Positions 48,550-58,500 are shown, counted from the stretch's first letter. The stretch: 62,851 nucleotides of DNA from Phycicoccus sp. (GCA_043721575.1 JAYSQM010000081.1:1-62851); one strand, 5' to 3'. The notes: generated from the letters alone by a model not told the origin. A program made the numbers and translations.

Positions 48550-49344
48550 TCAGGCAGCAGCCTTGGCGCGCCGGTTGCTGATCAGCTGGCCCACTGCGAC
48601 CAGGACCAGGGCTGCCAGGAACATCACCGTGCCGATGACGTTGATCTGCACCGGCGTTCCACGCTGGGCCGCGCCCCAGACGAACATCGGGAAGGTGATC
48701 GAGCTCGGGCTCGCGTTGAAGTTCGTGATGATGTAGTCGTCGAACGACAGCGAGAACGCCAGCAGCGCACCTCCCGCGATGCCAGGTGCCACCAACGGCA
48801 GGGTCACCCTGACGAAGGTCTGGAACGGGTTGGCGAAGAGGTCCGCCGCCGCCTGCTCCAGACGTGGGTCGAGGGAGGCGATTCGCGCCTTGACCGTGAC
48901 GACGACGAAGGACAGGCAGAACAGGATGTGCGCGATCAGGATGGTGGTGCTGCCCGGCGCGATGCCCATCGCGATGAACAGGGTCAGCAAGCTCGAGCCC
49001 ATCACAACCTCGGGGGTGGCCATGGGCAAGAAGATGAGCAGGTTCGTGCTCGAGCGGCCTCGGAAGCGGTGCCGACCGATGGCGAACGCGACCATGGTCC
49101 CGAGGATGGTCGAGGCCAGGGTGGCGATGAGCCCGATCCGCAGGCTCAGCCCGAGCGCGTCGCAGATACCAGGGGCCCCACAGGGGTTGGTCCAGGCGTC
49201 GACGGAGAAGCGCTGCCATTCGTAGTTGTAGTTGCCCCTCGGTTTGTTGAACGAGAACACGATCACGACGAGGTTGGGCAGCAGCAGATAGGACAGGACC
49301 AGAAGTGCGGCGATGGCGACCAGGTGCGCACGGATCCAGCGCAT
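48550..49344 (-). CDS. potC: polyamine ABC transporter permease
   Basis: 264-aa product with 6 TM helices and a PotC/binding-protein-dependent permease pattern. Confidence 0.88.
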   Translation of the reverse strand: MRWIRAHLVAIAALLVLSYLLLPNLVVIVFSFNKPRGNYNYEWQRFSVDAWTNPCGAPGICDALGLSLRIGLIATLASTILGTMVAFAIGRHRFRGRSSTNLLIFLPMATPEVVMGSSLLTLFIAMGIAPGSTTILIAHILFCLSFVVVTVKARIASLDPRLEQAAADLFANPFQTFVRVTLPLVAPGIAGGALLAFSLSFDDYIITNFNASPSSITFPMFVWGAAQRGTPVQINVIGTVMFLAALVLVAVGQLISNRRAKAAA

Positions 49345-50240
49345 CAGACCAGCTCCTCGGTGCCGGCACGCCGGACGTACACGGCCACGATGACCACGAT
49401 GATGAGCATCAGCACGAAGGACAGGGCGGCTGCTGTGGAGTAGTCCTGAACCCGCAGAAACTCCGAGTCGATGACCTGTCCGATCATGACGGTCTGGGTG
49501 TTGCCGAGCAGTCGGGAGTTGATGAAGTCACCTGCCGCCGGGATGAACGTCAGCAACGTGCCACCGACCACGCCGGGGAGGGACAGTGGCCAGGTGACCT
49601 TCCAGAACGTCTGGATCGGAGTGGCATACAGGTCCCCGGAGGCCTCCAGCAGGCGATGGTCGAGGCGCTCGAGACTGGCGTAGAGCGGCAGGATCATGAA
49701 CGGAAGGAAGTTGTAGGTCAGGCCCCAGATCACCGCGAACCGCGAGTTCATCAGCGAGTCGTTGTTGGTCAGGTGCACCCACTGCAGCAGATCGGTGAGA
49801 CGGGTCGAACGGGCCAGACCCGCAACCGGTCCGTTGTCGGTGAGGATCGTCTGCCAGGCGAGGGTGCGGATCAGGAAGCTGGTGAAGAACGGCGCGATCA
49901 CCAGCACCAGCAAGAAGTTCTTCCACCGGCCCGCCTTTTGTGCCATGAAGTACGCCAGCGGGTAGGCGAGCAGCAAGGTCAGCACCGTGGCGGTGCCTGC
50001 GAACACGATCGATCGCAGGAAGTGCGGCCAGTAGCGCGTCAGTGCCTCGACGTACGTCTGGAAGTGCCAGGTCATCACATAGCCGGCGTCGACGTTCCCG
50101 GTCTGCAGGGACTGGGACGCCAGCGAGAGCATCGGCACGACGAAGAACACCACGAGCCAGGCCAGTCCCGGCGCGAGCAGCAGGTATGGCGTGTAGTTGC
50201 GTCTGGCTCGCCGCGTGCGTGGCGCCGCCACGTCAGCCAC
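49344..50240 (-). CDS. potB: polyamine ABC transporter permease
   Basis: 298-aa permease with a GTG start. Its start and stop overlap the neighbouring genes. Confidence 0.88.
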   Translation of the reverse strand: MADVAAPRTRRARRNYTPYLLLAPGLAWLVVFFVVPMLSLASQSLQTGNVDAGYVMTWHFQTYVEALTRYWPHFLRSIVFAGTATVLTLLLAYPLAYFMAQKAGRWKNFLLVLVIAPFFTSFLIRTLAWQTILTDNGPVAGLARSTRLTDLLQWVHLTNNDSLMNSRFAVIWGLTYNFLPFMILPLYASLERLDHRLLEASGDLYATPIQTFWKVTWPLSLPGVVGGTLLTFIPAAGDFINSRLLGNTQTVMIGQVIDSEFLRVQDYSTAAALSFVLMLIIVVIVAVYVRRAGTEELV

Positions 50241-51412
50241 TAGGCGGCTCCGCTGTCATCGGCCTGGTCCTGCGCACCGGCGTGCGCGTCCTGGCCGGCG
50301 TCCAGGGCAAAGCCGTGCTCGGGAGCCCAGCCGAGGGTGACCTGCGCACCTGCTGAAGCACGCGGCATACCGTCGTTCTGCTGCACCACCATGAGCTCTT
50401 GGCCCCACGGCAGCCGGACCAGGTAGTTGGTGGCCAGACCGGTGAAGGAGGCATCGGTGACGACACCGGTCAGCCGGTTGCCGTCGGCGCTGCCCACATC
50501 CGTGGAATCGGGCAGGATCAGCCGAAGCTTCTCGGGGCGTACCCCGAGCCACACCGCCGACGTGGCCTTCGCCAGAGAGTCAACCGGCAGAGCATCAACC
50601 GGCAGACGCAGGTCCACGCCGTGGACATCGAGCCCGGCGATGGTCCCTGCGCGACTCCTTACGGTTGCCTTCAGCAGGTTCGACTGCCCAAGGAAGTTGG
50701 CCACGAACGTCGACTTCGGGTGTTCGTAGAGCGTTGTCGGGTCCCCGACCTGTTCGAGCCGCCCGGAGTTCATGACCGCGATGGTGTCGGCCATGGTCAT
50801 GGCCTCCTCCTGGTCGTGGGTCACATGGACGAAGGTGAGACCGACCTCGGACTGGATCCGCTTGAGCTCGATCTGCATCTGCCGGCGCAGCTTGAGGTCG
50901 AGGGCGCCGAGGGGTTCGTCGAGCAGCAGGACGTCTGGCCGGTTGACAACAGCCCGAGCCAGCGCGACTCGTTGTTGCATGCCACCGGAGAGCTGACCGG
51001 GCTTCTTCTTCGCAATGTGGGCAAGCTGGACGAGCTCGAGCGCCTCCATGGCCTTGACCCTGTGGTCCGAGACCTTGCGGCGACGCAGCCCGAAGGCAAC
51101 GTTGTCGATGACGCTGAGGTGGGGAAAGAGCGCATAGCTCTGGAACACAGTGTTGACGTTGCGCTGGTAGGCCTTGGTATTGGTGATGTCCCGGTCGCCA
51201 ATCCAGATCTGGCCGATGGTCGGCTGGTCGAGCCCCGCAACCATCCGCAGCGTTGTCGTCTTGCCACACCCCGAAGGGCCGAGCAGGGCAAAGAACGAGC
51301 CGCGCGGGATCACCAGGTCGAGCTGGTCGACCGCGGTGAACGCGTCATACGTCTTGGTGACCCCCGTCAGACGCAGGTCACCCGAGGTCTGCTCGGCCAC
51401 TGACCCACTCAC
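50240..51412 (-). CDS. potA: polyamine ABC transporter ATP-binding protein
   Basis: Walker A GPSGCGKTT, signature LSGGMQQRVALARA, Walker B LLLDEP, and a C-terminal TOBE-like domain. Confidence 0.93.
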   Translation of the reverse strand: MSGSVAEQTSGDLRLTGVTKTYDAFTAVDQLDLVIPRGSFFALLGPSGCGKTTTLRMVAGLDQPTIGQIWIGDRDITNTKAYQRNVNTVFQSYALFPHLSVIDNVAFGLRRRKVSDHRVKAMEALELVQLAHIAKKKPGQLSGGMQQRVALARAVVNRPDVLLLDEPLGALDLKLRRQMQIELKRIQSEVGLTFVHVTHDQEEAMTMADTIAVMNSGRLEQVGDPTTLYEHPKSTFVANFLGQSNLLKATVRSRAGTIAGLDVHGVDLRLPVDALPVDSLAKATSAVWLGVRPEKLRLILPDSTDVGSADGNRLTGVVTDASFTGLATNYLVRLPWGQELMVVQQNDGMPRASAGAQVTLGWAPEHGFALDAGQDAHAGAQDQADDSGAA

Positions 51413-52650
51413 CCCGTCACGATGGCCTGGAACTTGCGGTTGTACTTGGTCTCCTCGTCCGCACTCAGGCCGCGAAAGACGTGCGAGCGGGACAGGACGT
51501 CCTGGCTCGGGAAGATCAACGGGTTCTTGGCGACGGCGGGGTCGGTCTTCTCCAGCACCGGCTGCACCCCCTTGACCGGGGAGATGTAGTTGACGAAGTC
51601 CACGACCTTGGCCATGACGGCAGGGTCGTAGTAGTAGTTGATCAGGATCTCGGCGTTCTTCTTGTGCTTGCTCAGGTTGGGGATCACCAGGTTGTCCGAC
51701 CAGACCATGAAGCCCTGTTGCGGCAGTACGTAGCCGAGGTCGGGGTTGGCCGCCTTGAGCTGGACGATGTCACCGGTCCACGCGATACAGGCCGCCGTGT
51801 CACCGGCAGCCAACGGCTTGGTGTAGTCGTTGCCGGTGAAACCCTTGATCTGTCCGGCGTCCTTGGCCTTCTGGATCTCGGCGCACGCGGCGTCGAAGTC
51901 CGCGTCGGTGAACTTGGCGGGGTCCTTGCCCAGCGCGAGCAGAACCAGCCCAACGGTGTCGCGCAACTCGGTGAGCAGCGTGACCTTGCCCTTGAGCTTG
52001 GGGTCCGTGAACAGCTGGTCGATGCTCTCGATCTTCTTGCCACCGGTGGATTTAGGGTTCCACGCGATTCCCGTGAACCCGCTCTGCCACGGCAAGGAGT
52101 ACAACCGGCCCTTGTCGAAGCCGACGTTGAGCAGCGAGTCCTCGACGTTGCCGTGGTTGGGGATGTTGGTCAGGTCGAACTTCTGGAGGTAGTCCAGGCG
52201 GATCAGCCGGGCCACCATCCAGTCGGTACTGACCCACATGTCGCGGCCGGTGTCGGCCCCGGCATCGAGCAGGGGACGCACCTTGGCGTAGAACTCGTCG
52301 TTGTCGTTGTAGTCCTCGGTGTAGTTGACCTTGATCCCGGTCTTCTTGGTGAACTCGTCCAGGGAAGGGTGGCTCTTGGTCTTGTCGTCGACGTCCATGT
52401 ACGACGGCCAGTTCGACCAGTTGACCAGCTTGTCCGTGTCGGACGTGTCGACAGCTGCCTTGACCCTGCTCTTGGTCGTGGCTCCGCCCGTCGAACCGGC
52501 CGCGGGGCTCTTGCCCGCCGAGCCGCAGGCCGCGAGCGAAGTCACGGCGGCGACTCCTGCCAAACCGGCCATGCCGGCCATTGCCGTACGCCGGGAAAGC
52601 AGACCCCGGGCCATTGCCGCCTGGAAGACCGACGGAACCTGATCGCTCAT
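51409..52650 (-). CDS. potD: spermidine/putrescine-type periplasmic binding lipoprotein
   Basis: Trimmed to ATG 52650, with AAGGAG upstream. Tat-like signal SRRTAMAGMAGLAG and the lipobox LAAC. Confidence 0.85.
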   Translation of the reverse strand: MSDQVPSVFQAAMARGLLSRRTAMAGMAGLAGVAAVTSLAACGSAGKSPAAGSTGGATTKSRVKAAVDTSDTDKLVNWSNWPSYMDVDDKTKSHPSLDEFTKKTGIKVNYTEDYNDNDEFYAKVRPLLDAGADTGRDMWVSTDWMVARLIRLDYLQKFDLTNIPNHGNVEDSLLNVGFDKGRLYSLPWQSGFTGIAWNPKSTGGKKIESIDQLFTDPKLKGKVTLLTELRDTVGLVLLALGKDPAKFTDADFDAACAEIQKAKDAGQIKGFTGNDYTKPLAAGDTAACIAWTGDIVQLKAANPDLGYVLPQQGFMVWSDNLVIPNLSKHKKNAEILINYYYDPAVMAKVVDFVNYISPVKGVQPVLEKTDPAVAKNPLIFPSQDVLSRSHVFRGLSADEETKYNRKFQAIVTG

Positions 52651-52690
52651 GAACACTCCTTGGTGTGCTGTAACTGGTGGGAAACGTGGC

Positions 52691-54139
52691 CTATGCGTCA
52701 ATGTTGGCCATCACGTGCTTGATCCGCGTGTAGTCCTCGAAGCCGTACATGGACAGGTCCTTGCCATAGCCACTGTGCTTGAAGCCGCCGTGTGGCATCT
52801 CGGCCACGATGGGAATGTGGGTGTTGATCCATACACAGCCGAAGTCCATCTTTCGCGACATCCGCATGGCCCGGCCGAAGTCCTTGGTCCAGACACTGCT
52901 GGCCAGGCCGAACTCGACGCCGTTGGCCCAGGCGAGCGCCTCGGCCTCGTCGGAGAACTTCTGCACCGTGATGACCGGGCCGAAGATCTCCTGCTGGATC
53001 GCCTCGTCGCCCTGGCGTAGCCCGGACAGCACCGTCGGCGCGAAGAAGTAGCCGTCACCGAGTCCGCTGACCCGACTGCCACCGGCGGAGATCGTGGCGT
53101 GGTCCGGCAGCCGGGACAGGAACCCCTCGACGTGCGCGAGCTGGTTGGCGTTGTTGACCGGACCGAGCAGTGCGTCCTCGTCGTCGGGCAGGCCGACCTT
53201 GGCACTGGACCGGGCGTACTGCGCCAGGGCGGCGACAAAGTCGTCGTAGATGCGCGGACCGGCGATGACGCGCGTGGCCGCGGTGCAGTCCTGCCCGGCG
53301 TTGAAGTAGCCGGCAACGGCTATGGCTTCCACGGCTGCCTCCAGATCCGCGTCATCGAAGACGACCACCGGCGCCTTGCCACCGAGCTCGAGGTGGACCC
53401 GCTTGACATCGCGCGAGGCGCTTTCGGCGACCTGCATGCCGGCGCGAACCGAGCCGGTGATCGAGACCATGGCCGGCGTCTTGTGCTCGACGAGCGCGCG
53501 TCCCGTGTCCCGGTCGCCGGTGACGACGTTGAGCGTGCCGACGGGAAGGAACTCGGCGGCGATCTCGGCCAGCAGCAGCGTGGTCTCCGGCGTGGTGTCG
53601 CTCGGTTTGAGGACCACGGTGTTCCCCGCGGCCAGGGCGGGAGCGATCTTCCAGATCGCCATCATCATGGGGTAGTTCCATGGCGTGACCTGGCCGATGA
53701 CACCGATCGGCTCACGACGGATCCACGAGGTGTGACCCTTGAGGTACTCACCGGCCGCCCGCCCCTCCAGGACCCGGGCGGCACCGGCGAAGAAACGGAT
53801 CTGGTCGACCATCGGCGGCAGCTCTTCGCTGGCCGTCAGCGCGTACGGCTTGCCGGTGTTCTCTGCCTCGAGGTGCACGAACTCCTCAGCGCGAGCCTCG
53901 ACGGCATCAGCGAACTTCAGCAACGCCTGCTGACGCTCGCTGGGCGTCGTGTCACCCCAGACCTCGAAGGCAGCCGCAGCTGCGCCATAGGCACGGTCGA
54001 CCTCCGCGGCCGAGGACACCGGCGCCGTGGCGACCACCTGGGCGGTCACCGGGCTGATGATCTCGGAGGTCGCGTCGCTCTCGGGCTCCACGTACTCGCC
54101 GTTGACGAAGTTGCGAAGGATGCGGGGGCTTGCACTCAC
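52691..54139 (-). CDS. NAD-dependent aldehyde dehydrogenase (aminobutyraldehyde-DH-like)
   Basis: 482-aa ORF with ELGGKAP and the catalytic Cys in GQDCTAATR. GTG start 6 nt after AGGAG. Confidence 0.92.
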   Translation of the reverse strand: MSASPRILRNFVNGEYVEPESDATSEIISPVTAQVVATAPVSSAAEVDRAYGAAAAAFEVWGDTTPSERQQALLKFADAVEARAEEFVHLEAENTGKPYALTASEELPPMVDQIRFFAGAARVLEGRAAGEYLKGHTSWIRREPIGVIGQVTPWNYPMMMAIWKIAPALAAGNTVVLKPSDTTPETTLLLAEIAAEFLPVGTLNVVTGDRDTGRALVEHKTPAMVSITGSVRAGMQVAESASRDVKRVHLELGGKAPVVVFDDADLEAAVEAIAVAGYFNAGQDCTAATRVIAGPRIYDDFVAALAQYARSSAKVGLPDDEDALLGPVNNANQLAHVEGFLSRLPDHATISAGGSRVSGLGDGYFFAPTVLSGLRQGDEAIQQEIFGPVITVQKFSDEAEALAWANGVEFGLASSVWTKDFGRAMRMSRKMDFGCVWINTHIPIVAEMPHGGFKHSGYGKDLSMYGFEDYTRIKHVMANIDA

Positions 54140-54285
54140 AAAAGACTCCTGATGCGAACTGGTTCCGGTTAGGGAACTCTAACCACACAGGAGCCTTTTC
54201 AACAGGGTTCAGGGGAAAAAAGTGTGGAATCCGTTGCTGTTTTGGTAGATCAGCAACGGTTTCCGCCGCACAGGGACTTGCCAAA
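54140..54285. promoter_or_regulatory. divergent control region (aldH-pot operon / lrp operon)
   Basis: The GC content is lower here. An inverted repeat, aatccgttgctg (54228-54239) with cagcaacggttt (54251-54262), has a 9-bp perfect core and brackets a TAGAT element. On the minus strand there is a TTGAAA (54202-54197)/TAGAGT (54181-54176) promoter-like pair with a short 15-16 nt spacer. Confidence 0.5.
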
Positions 54286-54819
54286 ATGGGTGGGACCAGA
54301 CACCATCGCCTCGTGAGCCCACGAAAGCCGGTGACCAGCAATGGCCGCCTGGTCGACCGCAAACCGTCCGGCGGCGGCCTCGACGACCTCTCCAAGGCGA
54401 TCATCGAACACCTGCAGACTGACGGCCGCCGGTCCTACGCGACCATCGCCAAGAGCGTGGGACTGTCCGAAGCCGCTGTCCGGGCACGTGTTCAGCGCCT
54501 GCTCGACAGCGAGGTGATGCAGATCGTGGCGGTCACCGATCCCTTGCAGATCGGGTTCACCCGACAAGCCATGGTCGGGATCCGCGTGGAGGGCGACATG
54601 CAGCTGGTCGCCGATCGCCTCACCGACATGTCCGAGGTGTCGTATGTCGTCACCACGGCGGGCAGTTTCGACCTGATCATCGAAGTCGTCTGCGAGGACG
54701 ACGACGAGCTTCTCAACCTGTTGTCGCGGCGCATCCGCACCCTGCCGGGCGTGGTCTCCACCGAGACGTTCGTCTATCTGAAACTCAACAAGCAGCACTA
54801 CAACTGGGGTACCCGATGA
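54286..54819 (+). CDS. Lrp/AsnC family transcriptional regulator
   Basis: HTH segment SYATIAKSVGLSEAAVRARVQRL and a RAM/AsnC_trans_reg C-terminal domain. The start is uncertain: ATG 54286, or GTG 54313 as an alternative. Confidence 0.85.
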   Translation: MGGTRHHRLVSPRKPVTSNGRLVDRKPSGGGLDDLSKAIIEHLQTDGRRSYATIAKSVGLSEAAVRARVQRLLDSEVMQIVAVTDPLQIGFTRQAMVGIRVEGDMQLVADRLTDMSEVSYVVTTAGSFDLIIEVVCEDDDELLNLLSRRIRTLPGVVSTETFVYLKLNKQHYNWGTR

Positions 54820-56255
54820 GCACTGCTCAGACAAGCAACAACGCCACCCGACCGCCCGGCACCACACCCGCGGGCACGGCATATGCCGATGCTGCGCGCG
54901 ATCACCTGTGGATGCACTTCACCCGTCATTCCACCTACGAACCAACCGAGTCCGGCGGCGCCGGCACTTCGGTCCCCATCATCGTCAAGGGCGAGGGTGC
55001 CTACATCTGGGATGACCAGGGCCGCAAGTACCTCGATGCCCTGGCCGGGCTCTTCGTCGTACAGGTCGGGCACGGACGCGAGGAGCTGGCCGAGGCGGCC
55101 GCCAAGCAGGCGCGCGAGCTGGCCTTCTTCCCGCTGTGGTCCTATGCCCACCCTGCGGCCATCGAGCTGGCCGAACGTCTGGCGGCCGGCGCGCCCGGTG
55201 ACCTCAACCGGGTCTTCTTCACCACCGGTGGTGGTGAGGCGGTCGAGTCGGCCTGGAAGCTGGCCAAACAGTTCTTCAAGCTCACCGGCAAACCGGGGAA
55301 GTACAAGGTGATCAGCCGCTCCATCGCCTACCACGGCACCCCTCAGGGCGCACTGTCCATCACCGGTATCCCGTTCGCCAAGGAGCCGTTCGAACCACTG
55401 GTCCCCGGTGCTCACAAGGTCCCCAACACCAACCTGTATCGCGCGCCGGAGCACCTTCGCGAGGACCCCAAGGCGTTCGGCCGCTACTGCGCCGACCGGA
55501 TCGCCGAGGCGATCGAGTTCGAGGGCCCGGACACCGTATGCGCCGTCTTCCTGGAGCCGGTACAGAACTCCGGTGGCTGCTTCCCGCCGCCGCCCGGGTA
55601 CTTCGAGCGGGTCCGCGAGATCTGCGACGAGTACGACGTGCTGCTGGTCTCCGATGAGGTCATCTGCTCCTTCGGTCGCATCGGCAGCATGTTTGCCAGC
55701 ACCGACTTCGGCTACCAGCCGGACATCATCACCGCCGCCAAGGGCATGACCTCGGGCTACTCCCCCATCGGCGCGATGATCGCCAGCGACCGTCTCTTCG
55801 AGCCCTTCAAACAGGGTCACACGATGTTCCCCCACGGCTACACCTTCGGTGGTCACCCGGTCTCTGCTGCGGTCGCGATGGCCAACCTGGACATCTTCGA
55901 GCGTGAGGGCCTCAACCAGCACGTCAAGGACAACGCACCGGGGTTCCGGGCCACCCTCGACAAGCTGCTCGACCTGCCACTGGTCGGCGATGTCCGCGGC
56001 GAGGGCTACTTCTACGGGATCGAGCTGGTCAAGGACAAGGCGACCCGCGAGACGTTCAACGACGAGGAGTCCGAGCGTCTGCTGCGCGGGTTCCTGTCCA
56101 AGGCGCTGTTCGACGCCGGTCTGTACTGCCGAACCGACGACCGCGGCGACCCGGTGATCCAGCTCGCACCACCGCTGATCATCGGCCAGCCGGAGTTCGA
56201 CGACATCGAGGAGCGACTGCGCACTGTCCTGACCGAGGCCGAGAACCACCTGTGA
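54816..56255 (+). CDS. class-III (omega) aminotransferase, putrescine/beta-alanine-pyruvate type
   Basis: 479-aa ORF with DEVICSFGRIGSMFA and the PLP-lysine region TAAKGMTSGY. ATGA overlap with lrp. Confidence 0.92.
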   Translation: MSTAQTSNNATRPPGTTPAGTAYADAARDHLWMHFTRHSTYEPTESGGAGTSVPIIVKGEGAYIWDDQGRKYLDALAGLFVVQVGHGREELAEAAAKQARELAFFPLWSYAHPAAIELAERLAAGAPGDLNRVFFTTGGGEAVESAWKLAKQFFKLTGKPGKYKVISRSIAYHGTPQGALSITGIPFAKEPFEPLVPGAHKVPNTNLYRAPEHLREDPKAFGRYCADRIAEAIEFEGPDTVCAVFLEPVQNSGGCFPPPPGYFERVREICDEYDVLLVSDEVICSFGRIGSMFASTDFGYQPDIITAAKGMTSGYSPIGAMIASDRLFEPFKQGHTMFPHGYTFGGHPVSAAVAMANLDIFEREGLNQHVKDNAPGFRATLDKLLDLPLVGDVRGEGYFYGIELVKDKATRETFNDEESERLLRGFLSKALFDAGLYCRTDDRGDPVIQLAPPLIIGQPEFDDIEERLRTVLTEAENHL

Positions 56256-56265
56256 GCAGCCACCC

Positions 56266-57633
56266 GTGAGCGCCGGGGCCTCGGGGCCCCTCTGGTGGTC
56301 CGGCCTCCCAGCCGGCGCAACCCGGCCCGTGCTGACCCGGGACGAGAGCGTCGACGTCGCCATCGTCGGCGCCGGCTACACCGGGCTCTGGACCGCGTAC
56401 TACCTGCTGGAGGCCGACCCGTCGCTGAGCGTGCTGGTGCTGGAGGCCGAGCACGTCGGCTTCGGCGCCAGCGGACGCAACGGTGGGTGGGTCTCAGCCC
56501 TGTACCCCGTGGGGCTCGGGACGCTGGCCGCTGACCATGGTGAGTCCGCGGCCAGGGATCAGTACGCGGCACTGCGCGACAGCGTCGACGAGGTCGGCCG
56601 GGTGGCCGAGGCGGAAGGCATCGGGTGCGGGTTCCACAAGGGCGGGACGCTGGTCGTGGCCCGCAATCGCGCGCAGGCGGCGCGGGGCCGGGCCGAGGCC
56701 CAGGAGTCCGACTACTGGGGCACCGGTACGACCTGGCTCGAGGCTTCCGCCGCGGTCGATCGTCTTGCTGTTCAGGGACTTTCGGGCGCCACCTTCAACC
56801 CGAACTGTGCCCGCATCCATCCGTTCCGACTCGCGTTGGGGCTTGCCCAGACCGTCGAGAACAATGGCGCTCGGATCCACGAGAGCACTCGTGTGACCAG
56901 CCTGGGTGACCGTCGCCTACAGACCGACGACGGCGTCGTCATGCAGGCCCGTCACATCATCCGGGCCACCGAAGCATGGACCGCACGCCTGCCCGGCCAC
57001 CGGAGGACCGTCGCACCCGTCTACTCGTTGGTCGTGGCCACCGCACCCCTGCCGCAGTCGGTCTGGGACCAGATCGGTCTGGCCGACGCCGAGACGTTCA
57101 GCGAGCATCGGCACGTGATCGTGTACGGCCAGCGCTCGATGGACGACCGGCTCGTCTTTGGCGGTCGCGGCGCCCCGTATCACTTCGGCTCCGGCATCAA
57201 ACCCGAGTTCGATGCAGACGCAACAGTTTTCAGGACCCTGCGCCGGAGTCTGACCGAGCTTCTCCCGGCGACCGAGGACGTCGAGTTCACGCATGCCTGG
57301 GGTGGACCGTTGGGCATCACCCGTGACTGGCACCCCGGCGTCGGATACAACCCATCGACCGGGATGGGCCACGCCGGTGGCTACGTCGGCGATGGGGTCG
57401 CCCTGAGCAACCTGGCGGGGCGCACCCTGGCAGACCTGGTGACCAACCGCGATACAGCTCTCACTCGCCTTCCGTGGGTCCAACACCGTTCTCGGCTATG
57501 GGAACCCGAACCGTTGCGCTGGCTGGGAGTCAACGCCGGGCTGCAGCTCGCCAATCTCGCCGACGCTGAGGAACGGCTGACCGGACGTCCGGCGCTGCTG
57601 GGCAGAGCCCTCTCAGCCGTGACCGGCCACTGA
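56266..57633 (+). CDS. FAD-dependent oxidoreductase (paralogue of 47114-48547)
   Basis: DVAIVGAGYTGLW and a shared C-terminal EPEPLRWLG motif. GTG start. Confidence 0.85.
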   Translation: MSAGASGPLWWSGLPAGATRPVLTRDESVDVAIVGAGYTGLWTAYYLLEADPSLSVLVLEAEHVGFGASGRNGGWVSALYPVGLGTLAADHGESAARDQYAALRDSVDEVGRVAEAEGIGCGFHKGGTLVVARNRAQAARGRAEAQESDYWGTGTTWLEASAAVDRLAVQGLSGATFNPNCARIHPFRLALGLAQTVENNGARIHESTRVTSLGDRRLQTDDGVVMQARHIIRATEAWTARLPGHRRTVAPVYSLVVATAPLPQSVWDQIGLADAETFSEHRHVIVYGQRSMDDRLVFGGRGAPYHFGSGIKPEFDADATVFRTLRRSLTELLPATEDVEFTHAWGGPLGITRDWHPGVGYNPSTGMGHAGGYVGDGVALSNLAGRTLADLVTNRDTALTRLPWVQHRSRLWEPEPLRWLGVNAGLQLANLADAEERLTGRPALLGRALSAVTGH

Positions 57634-57635
57634 TT

Positions 57636-57667
57636 CGCACAACCGCTGAGCCGCACAACCGCTGAGC
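57636..57667. repeat. 16-nt perfect tandem duplication in a convergent intergenic spacer
   Basis: cgcacaaccgctgagc x2, followed by a partial third copy (cgcac). Confidence 0.9.
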
Positions 57668-57675
57668 CGCACGAC

Positions 57676-58500
57676 TCAGGACGGTCGCCAACCGGGGCCC
57701 CGCAGGACGAACGAGGCCCGGCTGGACCAGCTCCTGACCGATCGGACGTCCGCCCAGATCGCGCGGTACTCGTGGGTAGCGACGACGAGCGGGTTGTGGC
57801 TGCGCAGCTGTTTGGTCAGGCCATAGACCACCCGCTCCCGCTCGGCCTCGAAGCTGCGGAACATCCGATCCCAGATGACCAGAATTCCGCCGTAGTTGCG
57901 GTCGAGGTAGGCCTGGTTCATCCCGTGATGGACCCGGTGGTGTGAGGGCGTGTTCATCACCCACTCCAGGACGCGGGGCAGCTTCTCGACGCGTTCGGTG
58001 TGCAGGAAGAACTGGTACAGCAGGCTGATCGACTGCTGCAGGAAGATGGCCCAGGGCGGAACGCCCAGCAGTGCCATGGGCAACCAGAAGGGCAGCGACC
58101 CGAACGGTGTCCACGTCTGTCGCAACGCCGTGGAGAAGTTGTACCGCTGGCTCGAGTGGTGCACGACATGGCTGGCCCAGAGGATGCGCACCTCGTGGTG
58201 GGCCCGGTGGAACCAGTAGTACGCGAGGTCATCGGCGAAGAAGATGATCACCCAGACCCACCACAGCCCGGTGTCCAGCCTCAGCGGAGTGAGCACATAA
58301 GTGGCCGAATACACAAGCAGGGCAACAACTTTGTACCCGATGCCGACCACCAGGCTGCCCAGACCCATGCTCAGGCTGGTGACTGTGTCGCGGACCTCGT
58401 AGCCGACCTCGCCATCGTCCGGCGCGAACCACAGCGAGGCGATTTCAACCATGATGAAGAGAACGAAGAACGGAACGGCCGCCAACAAGATGTTGACCAT
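57676..58500 (-). CDS. fatty-acid hydroxylase / sterol desaturase family membrane protein
   Basis: Histidine boxes HRAHHE, HVVHHS and HHRVHHG, with four hydrophobic segments. Confidence 0.85.
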   Translation of the reverse strand: MVNILLAAVPFFVLFIMVEIASLWFAPDDGEVGYEVRDTVTSLSMGLGSLVVGIGYKVVALLVYSATYVLTPLRLDTGLWWVWVIIFFADDLAYYWFHRAHHEVRILWASHVVHHSSQRYNFSTALRQTWTPFGSLPFWLPMALLGVPPWAIFLQQSISLLYQFFLHTERVEKLPRVLEWVMNTPSHHRVHHGMNQAYLDRNYGGILVIWDRMFRSFEAERERVVYGLTKQLRSHNPLVVATHEYRAIWADVRSVRSWSSRASFVLRGPGWRPS

